NCBI GenBank assembly: GCA_963806185.1
Contig: CAWDXE010000007.1
Span: forward strand, 1-64,000
From: an uncultured candidate division Zixibacteria bacterium
GTDB taxonomy: Bacteria; Zixibacteria; MSB-5A5; GN15; FEB-12
DNA: 64,000 bases
Direction of reading: 5' to 3'
The notes beneath the pieces are model-generated. The model made no database searches, was not told the DNA's origin, and saw nothing but the letters and a program-made list of their open reading frames with translations. Below, in pieces: positions 39,247 to 49,653 of the stretch. Numbering within the stretch: position 1 is the stretch's first letter; each line of letters opens with the position of its first letter. A program made the position numbers and the translations under genes.

Positions 39247-39839
39247 TGAATGTCGCGATAAGAACCAGGCTGCTCGCAGGTCTGCTGGCATTGATTCTGA
39301 GTTCAGCAGCGACGTCCGCCGATCAGAAAGGCGCTGCAGCTGAGGCGTCCAAACCCATTACGAGCGCCATGGCTGCGAGAGCCTCAGCAGTTCAGCCGTC
39401 AAGTTCGGTTCAATCCACGGCCGGTTTTGCGGCGCCAACCGCCCGGCCTGCCGCCGGAGAACAGATCAAATGGCAGGTAATCTCAAGCGGAGGTAGTAGA
39501 AGCGGTTCGACGAATTTCAGGATGTCGGCCACAGTCGGTCAGACGGCTGCTGGTCCTGCTTCTTCATTCAACTACAAAGTCAATCAGGGATTCTGGCAGA
39601 ATTTCTCCGGGGGAAGCTGCTGTGTGAACCTGACTGGCAACGTTGACTGCGACCCCCTTGACGGCGTCGACATCGGTGATCTGACGACCCTGATCGACAA
39701 TCTTTTCATCTCATTCACACCGTTGTGTTGCGAAGCCGAGGCTAACTGCGATGGGTTAGGCGGGATCGATATTGGTGACCTGACAGCGTTGATCGATAAC
39801 CTGTTCATCACCTTCACGCCGCTAGCGGGGTGTCAGTGA
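39243..39839 (+). CDS. small secreted protein with C-terminal Cys-rich dockerin-like domain
   Basis: Signal peptide; EQIKWQVISSGG..TVGQ..GFWQ; CC..GNVDC..DIGDLT x2; start overlaps the fibre gene stop. Confidence 0.8.
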   Translation: MMNVAIRTRLLAGLLALILSSAATSADQKGAAAEASKPITSAMAARASAVQPSSSVQSTAGFAAPTARPAAGEQIKWQVISSGGSRSGSTNFRMSATVGQTAAGPASSFNYKVNQGFWQNFSGGSCCVNLTGNVDCDPLDGVDIGDLTTLIDNLFISFTPLCCEAEANCDGLGGIDIGDLTALIDNLFITFTPLAGCQ

Positions 39840-40341
39840 TGTTGCCGCCAGCAACGTGTCCTCGGCTTATTCAATTGGCCAACTTCGATAGCCCGGTGCT
39901 GGATGTGTGCTAACAGCGCCGGGCTTATGTTTGCCTCCCCGCCTTTCTCATTGACACCCGGAGCCATTTATCCATATCTTTGCAGTAAGCACACGACAAG
40001 GTAATCATACGGTCCAAACCGATTGCACTTGAGGACGATATGACCGCGAGCGCCCGCGAGTTTGACTGTGTCGTTGCTGCTCTGGGGGCAACGAGTCTTC
40101 TCTTCGCCGACCCCTTGGCTGATGACTTGTTCTCTGCTCGCTCAAACACGTCAGGCCGATGGGGTCTCGTGTCTATCGCACCCCGTGCACCAGAGGCCAT
40201 CCAGCCCTCAGACTCATTGACCATGGCTATCGCATGACCAACATTCAAGGTGGAACAACATACGGGGCAGGTCAAGGGAAGCGAAACACTTTCGGAAGTC
40301 AATTATGATCCTCACGTCATCAATTCATAGGAGAGATTACC

Positions 40342-41358
40342 ATGAAGCGCAGACATCTGGTTTTGTTGGTCACACTCGCCAGCTTCGTACTAGTGACCAT
40401 TGCGGTGGCAGAAGCGCCAAGTTCTATTTCCTATCAGGGAAGACTGACGACAATCGCAGGATCACCAATACCTGACGGAAGCTACACGGTTCTCTTCACC
40501 ATCTATGATGCCGCTACTGGTGGGATCAGCAAGTGGATTGAAACGCAGTCGGTCACAACTTCAGGAGGCCTCTTCTCGGTGTTGCTGGGATCAGTCTCCC
40601 CAATCAGCGATACGGTTTTCGGCGGAACGACGCGCAGCCTCGGAATCAAGGTAGGAGCAGATCCAGAAATGACCCCTCGTATCACTCTGGTTTCGGTTCC
40701 CTACGCTCACCGAGTGAAAACGATCGACGGAGCCACGGGTGGCACCATCTCCGGTTATACGCTCGTTTCCAGACCCGAGGCGGGCTTTGCAAACGTGTTG
40801 ACGCTGGCAAGCAATGCCAACACGGCAAATCTGGATATCATTCCGGAGGCCGCTGGAACAGGTGTCATAAACGTTAATAGTAGCGATGCCTCTCTTGCTC
40901 TTGCCATCGGCAACAACCGACATCTGACGATCTCGAACGGTGGAAATGTCGGCATTGGGACGACAAGTCCATCGTCCAAACTTGAAGTGGTTGGTGATCT
41001 GACAGTAAGCGGCAACATAATCGGCTCGACGCCCTGGACTGCTTTTCCCTTTGCATCTGGCTATGACAACTACGAAGACGCACACGGCGGAGGTACCCAG
41101 CGAGTTGAGTATCGAAAAATCGGCGACATCGTTTATATTAGAGGGACCGTGCATAAAGCAGACCATTCGTTAATTCCGGCTTTAGGCCTATGCGGGACTC
41201 TTCCTGTTGGGTTTAGACCACCTGCGATAGTCGTCTTCTTAAATGCTCCAACTCCAGGCGGTGTTTACATCTACCCCACGGGTGAGATCAAGTTTGTTTA
41301 CAACGGGCCCAATGAATTGCAGTATCTGGATGGCATCTTCTTCTCTACGACCCCATAA
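40342..41358 (+). CDS. second secreted tail-fibre-like protein with a different tip domain
   Basis: Same SYQGRL...GIKVGADPEMTPR..VPYA N-domain; GNVGIGTTSP..KLEV; YRKIGDIVYIRG..LPVGFRP fibre-tip-like C-terminus. Confidence 0.8.
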   Translation: MKRRHLVLLVTLASFVLVTIAVAEAPSSISYQGRLTTIAGSPIPDGSYTVLFTIYDAATGGISKWIETQSVTTSGGLFSVLLGSVSPISDTVFGGTTRSLGIKVGADPEMTPRITLVSVPYAHRVKTIDGATGGTISGYTLVSRPEAGFANVLTLASNANTANLDIIPEAAGTGVINVNSSDASLALAIGNNRHLTISNGGNVGIGTTSPSSKLEVVGDLTVSGNIIGSTPWTAFPFASGYDNYEDAHGGGTQRVEYRKIGDIVYIRGTVHKADHSLIPALGLCGTLPVGFRPPAIVVFLNAPTPGGVYIYPTGEIKFVYNGPNELQYLDGIFFSTTP

Positions 41359-41485
41359 TCACCTGTGAATGGGCGGATATTGAGAGATTTGCCCCCCGCG
41401 CTGGCTCGCGCTTCCGAGGCCCGCCGGGGGAGGAGCAGTTGAATTGAAAAACGACTCCTGCCAACGACAGGAAGTAAAGGACGTT

Positions 41486-41983
41486 ATGAAAAGGCAATTA
41501 TCCACTTTAGAGGTCGCGCTTACTGTGACTGCATGCTGGTTTATCGCTGTCACTGAGCCAACAGCAAAACAAGGTAGCGCCATCGCGAACAGCACCTCTG
41601 GCGAGCAGATAAAGTGGCATGTGGTGTCCAGCGGAGGAACTCAGAGCGCATCGACCAGTTACATTATGACCGGCACAGTCGGACAGACCGCTACAGGGTT
41701 GAGCCAATCGACCAGTTTCAAAGTCAATTCCGGGTACTGGCAGACATTTGGTCCGGCCTCGTGTTGTATCGGTACGACCGGCAACGTCGATTGCGATCCT
41801 CTTGACGGCGTCGACATCGGCGACTTGACCACACTGATCGACAATCTGTTCATTACCTTCACGCCGCTCTGTTGCGAAGCTGAAGCCAATTGCGACGGTG
41901 CTGGCGGTGTGGATATCGGCGACCTGACGGCGTTGATTGACAACCTCTTCATCACCTTCACGCCGCTGGCGGCCTGCCAATAG
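41486..41983 (+). CDS. paralogous small protein with dockerin-like domain
   Basis: EQIKWHVVSSGG..TVGQ..GYWQ; C-terminal domain almost identical to 39243-39839. Confidence 0.8.
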   Translation: MKRQLSTLEVALTVTACWFIAVTEPTAKQGSAIANSTSGEQIKWHVVSSGGTQSASTSYIMTGTVGQTATGLSQSTSFKVNSGYWQTFGPASCCIGTTGNVDCDPLDGVDIGDLTTLIDNLFITFTPLCCEAEANCDGAGGVDIGDLTALIDNLFITFTPLAACQ

Positions 41984-42245
41984 AGGTGCACTGATCATCG
42001 TTGATCCATAGCCCCCGAGGTTGGGAATATCCTGACCTCGGGGCAAGAACTGCCTCCCAGCCTCCAAAATGTCCATATTGGGATGCCACTCATCGCAACC
42101 CTCCCGGGCATCCTGACTCTCAATGTACCTCGAAGTGGACCAACGAGTTCCGGTAAATCGCGGGTTGACAAATGAGCATTGTGGTAATATGTTACCATTA
42201 TACCACGATTATCGACGGTCCACGGTACTCACAGAGGATGACACT

Positions 42246-43244
42246 ATGAAGATTTCAACCGGAATTATCGCCTCGTTTGGGTTGTGGCTTGGTCTGGCTG
42301 TCAACGCGCTCGCCGTTACCGCAGATCACACCAGCGTGTCCCATTTTCCCGAAATCCCGGATTCAGTGATTCAGCAAGTCCGGAGCAATGGTAGGATATT
42401 CTACGGCCATACGTCACACGGAAGTCAGATTGTAACCGGCATGGCCATGCTGCGGGCCGAAGATACCCTTTATCGCTATAACGAGGGGGCCGGCTCACTC
42501 AGCTTGACAGAAGAAGGAATAGATCTGGGTAATCCTGACTACGTGACCTGGGAAGCTGTGACAAGAAACCATCTAAACCAGCCCGGAACTACGACAAATC
42601 TAGTGGTGTGGTCATGGTGCGGGCAGGTTTCAACCAATACGGAAGAAGGGATAAATACGTATCTCAGTCTGATGAATCAGCTGGAGATTGATTTTCCAGA
42701 CGTGAAGTTCATTTACATGACGGGGCATTTGGACGGCACGGGGCCGACGGAAAATCTGTACGTACGCAACAATCAGATCCGGGCGTACTGTTCGGCTCAC
42801 AACAAGGCGCTGTTTGATTTTGCCGATATCGAGAGCTACGATCCCGGCGGTACGTGGTATCCGGATGGCGCGGATGATTGCGCCTGGTGTCAGACCTGGT
42901 GCGAGACGCACTCGTGTCCCGATTGCGACGCCTGCGCCCATTCCCACTGTTTCAACTGCTACCGCAAGGGACAGGCCTTCTGGTGGCTGCTGGCCCGTCT
43001 GGCCGGCTGGCAAGAGGGGCCGTGTTGTGCCGGCGACCGGGGTAATGTGGACTGCGACCCCTCCGGAGGTGTGGACATCGGCGATCTCACGGCTCTTATC
43101 AATAACTTGTACATTTCGTTCGATCCGCTCTGTTGCGAAGCCGAGGCCAACTGCGACGGCATCGGCGGGATTGATATCGGCGACCTTACCGCGCTGATCA
43201 ATAATCTGTTCATCACCTTCGCTCCGTTGCCGGTGTGCCCGTAG
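42246..43244 (+). CDS. secreted alpha/beta (SGNH-like?) protein with Cys-rich segment and dockerin-like C-terminus
   Basis: Signal peptide; YGHTSHGSQI, WSWCGQ, YMTGH, NNQIR, FDFADIES; dockerin-like tail. Confidence 0.7.
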   Translation: MKISTGIIASFGLWLGLAVNALAVTADHTSVSHFPEIPDSVIQQVRSNGRIFYGHTSHGSQIVTGMAMLRAEDTLYRYNEGAGSLSLTEEGIDLGNPDYVTWEAVTRNHLNQPGTTTNLVVWSWCGQVSTNTEEGINTYLSLMNQLEIDFPDVKFIYMTGHLDGTGPTENLYVRNNQIRAYCSAHNKALFDFADIESYDPGGTWYPDGADDCAWCQTWCETHSCPDCDACAHSHCFNCYRKGQAFWWLLARLAGWQEGPCCAGDRGNVDCDPSGGVDIGDLTALINNLYISFDPLCCEAEANCDGIGGIDIGDLTALINNLFITFAPLPVCP

Positions 43245-43443
43245 CATTGCCCTCGGTACTGTCTCGCGGGATCGGCTGCCTGACCCTGGCAGGCCAGGTG
43301 GGCCGGGCGGTTACTGTCGTACCCACGGAAACCGGGCAGGCGCGTCCACTATTAATTGTTGCGTCAACTGACCATAAATGGTATCCTAAGTTCAGCATTT
43401 GACAACGGGCGGATTCACGACCGCCAAAACCGGGATATTGTCG

Positions 43444-46056
43444 ATGGCGTCAGACGGCGACTCAAACGACATAACCCGATCATATGTTCAACTCGCACAC
43501 GACATTATAATCGGGCACTACCGGATCATCGAGAAGATCGGCGCCGGTGGCATGGGTGAGGTGTATCTTGCGGAAGACACCGAACTCAATCGGAACGTTG
43601 CGCTCAAATTCCTGTCCGCCCATCTGTGTCAGCTGGCCGACTGCCGGGCCCGCTTCAAGCGTGAGGCGCAGGCGGCGGCGAAACTGAATCATCCCAACGT
43701 CGTGACCATCTATGAGGTCGGCGAGCACAATGGGCGCCCCTTCTTTGCCATGGAGCAGCTCGAGGGTCGATCACTGCGGGACGTTATCAAGCAAAAGGAA
43801 ACTTCTCCACCTCAGATAATTCAAATCGCCGTACAGTTGTGCGAAGGTCTCAAGGAGGCACATGCGCACGGTGTAGTTCATCGCGATATCAAACCATCCA
43901 ACATCACGTGTGACGGCAAGGGACACTGCAAGATTCTGGATTTCGGACTCGCAGCGGTGTGCGGGGGCGAAGGCCTGACCAAACCAGGCGCCACGCTCGG
44001 CACGGTCGGATACATGTCGCCCGAGCAAATTCGAGGGGAACCGGTCGATCATCGCACCGACATCTTCTCGCTGGGTGTGGTCCTGTACGAGCTCATTGCC
44101 GGCCGGTCACCGTTTCAAGCCGATTCCGACCCGGCGACAATGCATAACATCCTTGAGGCTGTCCCCGAGCCGCTCGCGCGGTACAAAGCTGGGGTGCCTG
44201 AAGATCTGCAACATGTCGTTTCACGGGCGTTGGAAAAGGATGTCGCGATCCGCTACCAGTCGGCTGCTGACATGATGGCCGATTTGATCCGGCTGCGTCG
44301 ACGAGGGTCAGATACGGGGAAGGTGGCGCAGGTCAACCGGTCGAAGGTTTCAGTGGGGTGGAGGGAGCTTGGCTATGTCCTCTCAGCTGCGATCGTCATT
44401 GTCATGGCGATCGTCGTGTGGGGTATGCTCCGGTCACCGGCGGCAAGAAACGGCTCCGTCAATAATCATCTGGCCATCATTCCATTTACCAATTTGGGAG
44501 CACCAGCCACCAGTCAGGCGTTCTGCGACGGGTTGGTTGAGACCCTCACCAGCAAGCTGACTCAACTCACCCAGATCGAAGGATCGCTGCAGATTGTTCC
44601 GACTAGTGAAGTTCGAGAGAAGGATATTCGAAGTGCCGAGCAGGCCCGTCGGACCTTCGGCGTGAACCTGGTGATTACGGGAAGTATTCAACAACATGGT
44701 GAAGGCATACGCGCGACCCTGAATCTTGTTGATGCAGTGAGCGAACGACAGCTTCGCTCCACGGTCGTCGACGAGAATCGCGAAGACGTGTCACAGTTGC
44801 AGGACTCCAGCGTCTACGAGGTTGCCGAGATGCTCGATATTCAGCTGCGACCGGAATCCCGCCGGATTCTGGACGCCGGGAATACTCGACTTTCAGAAGC
44901 ATACAGCGCCTATCTCGAAGGGCGGGGCTACCTGCAGAACTTCCAGAGTATGACCAGCCTGGACAGCGCCGCAGGCCGGTTTGAGTCGGCGATCAAACTC
45001 GACTCCAATTATGCTCTCGCTTATGCTGGGCTGGGCGAGGTCTGCTGGCGGAAGTACAGCCTGACCAATGATGTCGCCTGGGTAGAACCGGGCATGAGTT
45101 ACAGCAGCCGCGCTATGGAACTCAATGATCAACTGGCGCCGGTGTTAGTGACGATCGGGCTCGTTCACAGTCAGACGGGCCAGTATCAGGAGGCCGTAAG
45201 CTATCTCAAGCGCGCGTTGCTGATTGACTCATCGAACAGTGAAACTTTCGTTCAACTGGCGAATGCGTACGAGTTGTTGGGACGGGCCGCCGAGGCCGAA
45301 TCCACTTTCAATGGAGCCATCGAGCTGCAGCCAAAATTCTGGCGCAGCTATTATAATCTTGCCCGCTTCCTCGCGTTTCGGGGACGAAGCAACGACGCCC
45401 TCACTCAGGCGGCCAGAGCGGAATCGCTGGCGCCGGCCGGAGAACTTCCTTACGAGCTCCTGGGCAGCCTGCACGCCTTTCTCGGTGACTACGACAGAGC
45501 CAAGATTCTCCTCTCACGGTCACTGAGTTTCGCACCAAACTATGTCTCCTACTCCAATCTGGGGGCAATCTATCAGGCCGAACAACAGTACCGGCAGGCT
45601 GCTGACATGTATCGACATGCGCTTGAGCTCAACGACAAGGATTTTGCGGTTTGGGTTAACCTTGCGGCCGTGAGCAGAGAACTTCCGGGCGGCGAGAATG
45701 AAGCAACGCGGGCCTATAGCCGCGCCATCGACCTCGCCAGGCAGAATCTTGAAATCAATCCCAATGACGCCACCCTGATCTGCTACCTGGCCGACTGCTA
45801 CTGGCAAACCGGGCAGCGCGGCCAGTCACTCACCCTGGCCGAGCAGGCCGAGAAACTCGCCCCGGATGACGTTGAGGTCATGGTTCGAGTCGGGACAATC
45901 TTTGAGCGGGCGGGCAGACGTGACAGAGCGATGCGTCTCATCGGTACCGCCGTACGGCTTGGATTCTCAAGAGATCGGATCAACTCTACCGACGAATTGC
46001 GACAGTTGATCGCTGATCCTCGTTTCGATAGTCTCGTTTCGATCAAGCAACGGTAA
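43444..46056 (+). CDS. Hanks-type Ser/Thr kinase with TM, TolB_N-like and TPR domains
   Basis: [37 protein letters not shown]; many TPRs. Confidence 0.93.
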   Translation: MASDGDSNDITRSYVQLAHDIIIGHYRIIEKIGAGGMGEVYLAEDTELNRNVALKFLSAHLCQLADCRARFKREAQAAAKLNHPNVVTIYEVGEHNGRPFFAMEQLEGRSLRDVIKQKETSPPQIIQIAVQLCEGLKEAHAHGVVHRDIKPSNITCDGKGHCKILDFGLAAVCGGEGLTKPGATLGTVGYMSPEQIRGEPVDHRTDIFSLGVVLYELIAGRSPFQADSDPATMHNILEAVPEPLARYKAGVPEDLQHVVSRALEKDVAIRYQSAADMMADLIRLRRRGSDTGKVAQVNRSKVSVGWRELGYVLSAAIVIVMAIVVWGMLRSPAARNGSVNNHLAIIPFTNLGAPATSQAFCDGLVETLTSKLTQLTQIEGSLQIVPTSEVREKDIRSAEQARRTFGVNLVITGSIQQHGEGIRATLNLVDAVSERQLRSTVVDENREDVSQLQDSSVYEVAEMLDIQLRPESRRILDAGNTRLSEAYSAYLEGRGYLQNFQSMTSLDSAAGRFESAIKLDSNYALAYAGLGEVCWRKYSLTNDVAWVEPGMSYSSRAMELNDQLAPVLVTIGLVHSQTGQYQEAVSYLKRALLIDSSNSETFVQLANAYELLGRAAEAESTFNGAIELQPKFWRSYYNLARFLAFRGRSNDALTQAARAESLAPAGELPYELLGSLHAFLGDYDRAKILLSRSLSFAPNYVSYSNLGAIYQAEQQYRQAADMYRHALELNDKDFAVWVNLAAVSRELPGGENEATRAYSRAIDLARQNLEINPNDATLICYLADCYWQTGQRGQSLTLAEQAEKLAPDDVEVMVRVGTIFERAGRRDRAMRLIGTAVRLGFSRDRINSTDELRQLIADPRFDSLVSIKQR

Positions 46057-46162
46057 TCACGGCAGGGAATCTTGTCGTGAGTGCACCTGTTCGCCCGCGA
46101 CGGAACAATGGCCGATTCCGTCGCGGGTTCCACTATGCATCGGCCGGCAAAAGGAAGCTTTT

Positions 46163-46471
46163 ATGAGCAGTACCATCAACGTCCTCATTAAGAAGGTTGG
46201 CCAGCGTTGTGTCGTCGTCCCCGGAATCATCGTCGTCAAGCCCGGTGACGTCGTCAATCTTCGCAACACGACCCGTGAAATTGTCTACGCTCAGGCATAC
46301 GGCCTCTCGAAGACCTTCGAGATTCTCCCGCGCCAGACTTACGCGCTCAAAGTGCCTGTCATCCGGCCCGGTATCTATCCGGTTGCCGTCTTCTGTGCGG
46401 GCAGCAAGGTATTCGGTTGGACGCCGATTCCGATGACGGCGCCGATGCCGATCATAATCGTTCACAGGTGA
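46163..46471 (+). CDS. small hypothetical beta-rich (cupredoxin-like?) protein
   Basis: AAGGA RBS; P..IVVKPGDVVNLRN...PGIYPV..C..PIIIV pattern. Confidence 0.55.
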   Translation: MSSTINVLIKKVGQRCVVVPGIIVVKPGDVVNLRNTTREIVYAQAYGLSKTFEILPRQTYALKVPVIRPGIYPVAVFCAGSKVFGWTPIPMTAPMPIIIVHR

Positions 46472-46744
46472 AGACTAAAGGCGCCGATGTTTTCCGATCG
46501 GACCGACACGTGTCGGTCAGAGCCGTAGACGTGAACCGGACAATGAAAAATGACCAGGCGGTGATCCTGAATTATGCAGAGAATGCCGGCCGGTGGACGA
46601 AGTTGTCAGCTGGGTGATTGACCGGTGCGGGAATGAGGCTGTGCCTCTAGCAGTGATTCTGTCGGGGAAAAGCACTCCGCACGCAGCATGTACCCGTCGG
46701 CACACTCTCGCTTGAGAGAGAAGGCTCGGCCCGGAGCGCCTCCA

Positions 46745-47083
46745 CTATGACGCGACCGCCTTGGTGGCCTCGAGACGAGAATCGTACGTGTCAAACACCT
46801 TGACGAGCTGCGTGATGTTCAGCAGGTTCTGGACGTTGGTGATATTCGCCAGCGCGAATCGGCCGCCCCGGTTCAGGACTGAGGTGTATGTCTCGACCAG
46901 TGCTCCGAGACCGGCTGAGTTCATCCATTCCACGCGCTGAAGGTCGAGGACGAATGCTCGCTTGTGCAGGTCGAGGTAGTACTGTACGCGCCCGCGGAAC
47001 GAGTCCAACTCATCACTGGCCATGATCTTGCCGCTCAATTCAAAGGTGACGACGTCACCGATAAGATTATCCCTGGTTCGCAT
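46745..47083 (-). CDS. STAS domain anti-sigma factor antagonist
   Basis: VLDLQRVEWMNSAGLGAL, LLNITQL..VFD; AGGAG RBS. Confidence 0.9.
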   Translation of the reverse strand: MRTRDNLIGDVVTFELSGKIMASDELDSFRGRVQYYLDLHKRAFVLDLQRVEWMNSAGLGALVETYTSVLNRGGRFALANITNVQNLLNITQLVKVFDTYDSRLEATKAVAS

Positions 47084-47307
47084 ATTCAGTTCTCCTATAG
47101 CTAGCGTGATTTGGCCAGTCCTGGCGTCTGTGCTCAACTATACGTGAGTCATGGCCGATAGTTTCGGCCGTTCGGCGTTAAGAGTCGTTAACAAACTTGC
47201 CCAAGCGCACTGATCACGCTGACAGAGAATTGGCGGCTCGTGACAACAGCCTTGATGCAACCGCGGAAGGGGATTGGTCGACCGGATTGGTGTTCGAGGC
47301 TTCAAGG

Positions 47308-47448
47308 TCACACGTCGGCAGACCGATCTTCCCACTTGGTCACGTCACTGACTTCGATCTCCTTGCCGCCTTTGCGGGCAATCGACCAGGCGATCACGAG
47401 GAGAAGGATGGTGTTGAGGATAGTCACCGTCAGGATGGCCGCGGTCAT
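47308..47448 (-). CDS. 46-aa single-TM microprotein (absent from ORF track)
   Basis: MTAAILTVTILNTILLLVIAWSIARKGGKEIEVSDVTKWEDRSADV; GGAG RBS; ATGA overlap with upstream gene. Confidence 0.55.
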   Translation of the reverse strand: MTAAILTVTILNTILLLVIAWSIARKGGKEIEVSDVTKWEDRSADV

Positions 47449-47636
47449 ACGTCACGCTCCCCCCATCGCCCATCTGATTCGTCCGGCCATTGGTGCGGGT
47501 GCGCAAAATCCCGTTCCTCCTGAGGCATGCCCAGGAAGAGCCAGAGTGAGAAGATGAACGGCAATACGATAAGGCTCATAAGCACGATGAGTGCCATGTA
47601 GAAATGATCTCGCAAACTGCTGGTCAAACGGTCCAT
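47445..47636 (-). CDS. small single-TM protein
   Basis: AGGAG RBS; hydrophobic ALIVLMSLIVLPFIFSLWLFL followed by an acidic tail. Confidence 0.55.
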   Translation of the reverse strand: MDRLTSSLRDHFYMALIVLMSLIVLPFIFSLWLFLGMPQEERDFAHPHQWPDESDGRWGERDV

Positions 47637-47980
47637 GGTCAGCAAGCTCCTTTCGCACCAACCTAGGCCGGACCACTGACAGATACGGTCAGGGAAAATG
47701 ACAATTTCACGGTCCCGGCCGCCGCCAACGAAAATCCACCGTCAAACGTATAGATTATCAAGATGCTTAGACTCTTCTATCTGATCTTGATTCCCGTGAA
47801 CCCGAGAGGAGTCTTTCTGTGCGGTCGCCTTCTGCGGCTGCCCTGTTGACCGCTTCCTGTCACCGTCTTTGGCTTGGTTTAATCATCGAGTCCGTCGGTC
47901 CAATCTAGCCACAAACCGGGGAACGTCCTGCGCCCGCGGGCGTTATAGACCAGTACCCGTTGCACAAAAGGAGCCCGTCC

Positions 47981-48907
47981 ATGCGTTTTGATTCTGTTGT
48001 CGACGCCATCGGCCATACGCCGCTGGTCCGCCTGAACCGCCTTCCCGGAGAAGGCGCCGCGACCGTCTATGCCAAAATGGAAAGCTACAACCCGGCCGCA
48101 TCCATTAAGGATCGGATTGGCGCCGCCATGATCCTTGCCGCAGAGCGAGACGGCCGGCTCAAACCGGGCATGACCATCGTCGAACCGACCTCCGGCAATA
48201 CCGGTATCGCCCTGGCGATGGTGGCAGCTGCCCGGGGGTACAAGTGTATTCTGGTCATGCCGGACACAATGTCGATTGAGCGCCGCTCCCTGATGAAGAT
48301 GCTCGGAGCCAGCCTGATTCTGACCCCGGGAGCGGAAGGGGTGAAGGCGGCGATAGCCCGCGCGACAGAACTTAGTGCCCAGCCGGGCCATTTCATGCCT
48401 ATGCAATTCGATAACCCGGCCAACCCGGAGATACATCGTACGACCACAGGTCCGGAGATTATTGCCGATCTGGGCGACATCAAGCTTGACGCCTTTGTGG
48501 CAGCTGTCGGGACTGGTGGAAGCATCAGTGGCGCCGGAGCGGCACTTAAGCAGAAGTACGGCTGTCTGGTGGCGGCGGTAGAACCGGAGCTTTCGCCGGT
48601 ACTTTCCGGCGGGACACATTCGCCCCACCCAATTCAAGGGATCGGCACCGGTTTTGTACCGAAGAACTATCATCCGAACGTGGTCGACGAGATCATCCAG
48701 GTGAAGAGCGAAGACGCTTTTGCCACCGCGAGAGGGCTCGCCGGTCAGGAGGGCATCTTAGCCGGCATATCGGCCGGGGCAAACGTCTGGTCGGCCCTTC
48801 AAGTGGCCCGACGATTGGGCAAAGGGAAGACGGTAGTAACGATCATCTGCGATACAGGCGAACGGTATCTCAGCACAAAACTATACACCGAGTATATCGA
48901 GGCATGA
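47981..48907 (+). CDS. cysK: cysteine synthase A
   Basis: IGHTPLVRL, SIKDR PLP Lys, EPTSGNTG, GTGG, IQGIG, DTGERYLS. Confidence 0.95.
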   Translation: MRFDSVVDAIGHTPLVRLNRLPGEGAATVYAKMESYNPAASIKDRIGAAMILAAERDGRLKPGMTIVEPTSGNTGIALAMVAAARGYKCILVMPDTMSIERRSLMKMLGASLILTPGAEGVKAAIARATELSAQPGHFMPMQFDNPANPEIHRTTTGPEIIADLGDIKLDAFVAAVGTGGSISGAGAALKQKYGCLVAAVEPELSPVLSGGTHSPHPIQGIGTGFVPKNYHPNVVDEIIQVKSEDAFATARGLAGQEGILAGISAGANVWSALQVARRLGKGKTVVTIICDTGERYLSTKLYTEYIEA

Positions 48908-48920
48908 GGCGAGTTGACGC

Positions 48921-49484
48921 ATGATAGCCATTCTTGAAGATGTCAAAGCGATTTTCCGGAACGACCCGGCGGCCAGGAATGTCGAATTTCTGCTGTATCC
49001 CGGTTTTCAGGCTATTACGGCGCACCGGATCATTCACTTGCTCTGGCGGTGGAAGATTCCCTTCATTCCTCGGCTGTTCTCCCAAATCGTCCGCTTCCTC
49101 ACCGGGCTTGAAATCCACCCCGGCGCCGAAATCGGCAAGGGGTTCTTTGTCGATCACGGCATGGGTGTCGTCATCGGCGAGACAGCGGAAATCGGGCGCA
49201 ACTGTGTCCTGTTCCACAATGTCACGCTGGGAGGAACCGGCAAACATGTCGGCAAGCGACACCCGACGATTGGCGACAATGTCCTTATCGGCACCGGAGC
49301 GGTGCTCCTCGGACCGATTCGCGTGGGAGACAACGTCAATATCGGGGCCAACAGCTTTGTACTGATGCGTGACATACCGGCCAATTGCACCGTTGGTGGT
49401 ACGCCGGCCCGCATCACCAGGCGCAACGGGATGCCGGTGGACGAAGAACTGCCCAGGACGATCGTTGACCTCAATGCGGCTTGA
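48921..49484 (+). CDS. cysE: serine O-acetyltransferase
   Basis: DPAAR, EIHPGA, DHGMGVVIGETA, KRHPTIG. Confidence 0.93.
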   Translation: MIAILEDVKAIFRNDPAARNVEFLLYPGFQAITAHRIIHLLWRWKIPFIPRLFSQIVRFLTGLEIHPGAEIGKGFFVDHGMGVVIGETAEIGRNCVLFHNVTLGGTGKHVGKRHPTIGDNVLIGTGAVLLGPIRVGDNVNIGANSFVLMRDIPANCTVGGTPARITRRNGMPVDEELPRTIVDLNAA

Positions 49485-49561
49485 TGCTGAAGCGCGATGC
49501 GACTTCGAGGCTCTTTCCGCGGACTTCCAGCACCTCCGAAGCCTTTACGGCGGATGAAGAA

Positions 49562-49589
49562 TCTAATTCAATCTTAATGCTTTCCTAAC
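49562..49589 (+). promoter_or_regulatory. Pho-box-like repeats upstream of phoB
   Basis: TCTAAT/CTTAAT/CCTAAC at 11-bp spacing (49562, 49573, 49584). Confidence 0.55.
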
Positions 49590-49653
49590 ATAGCTGGGGT
49601 TTGTTATGCTCGTAGTAACCCAACACCGTGCGGGCACTGTGAAAGGGCCATAA

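Noticed and set aside
37870..41358. Prophage or tailocin remnant
   Set aside because: The fibre-like genes have Sec signal peptides, lie outside the att-bounded island, and have no capsid, tail tube, baseplate or lysis genes nearby.
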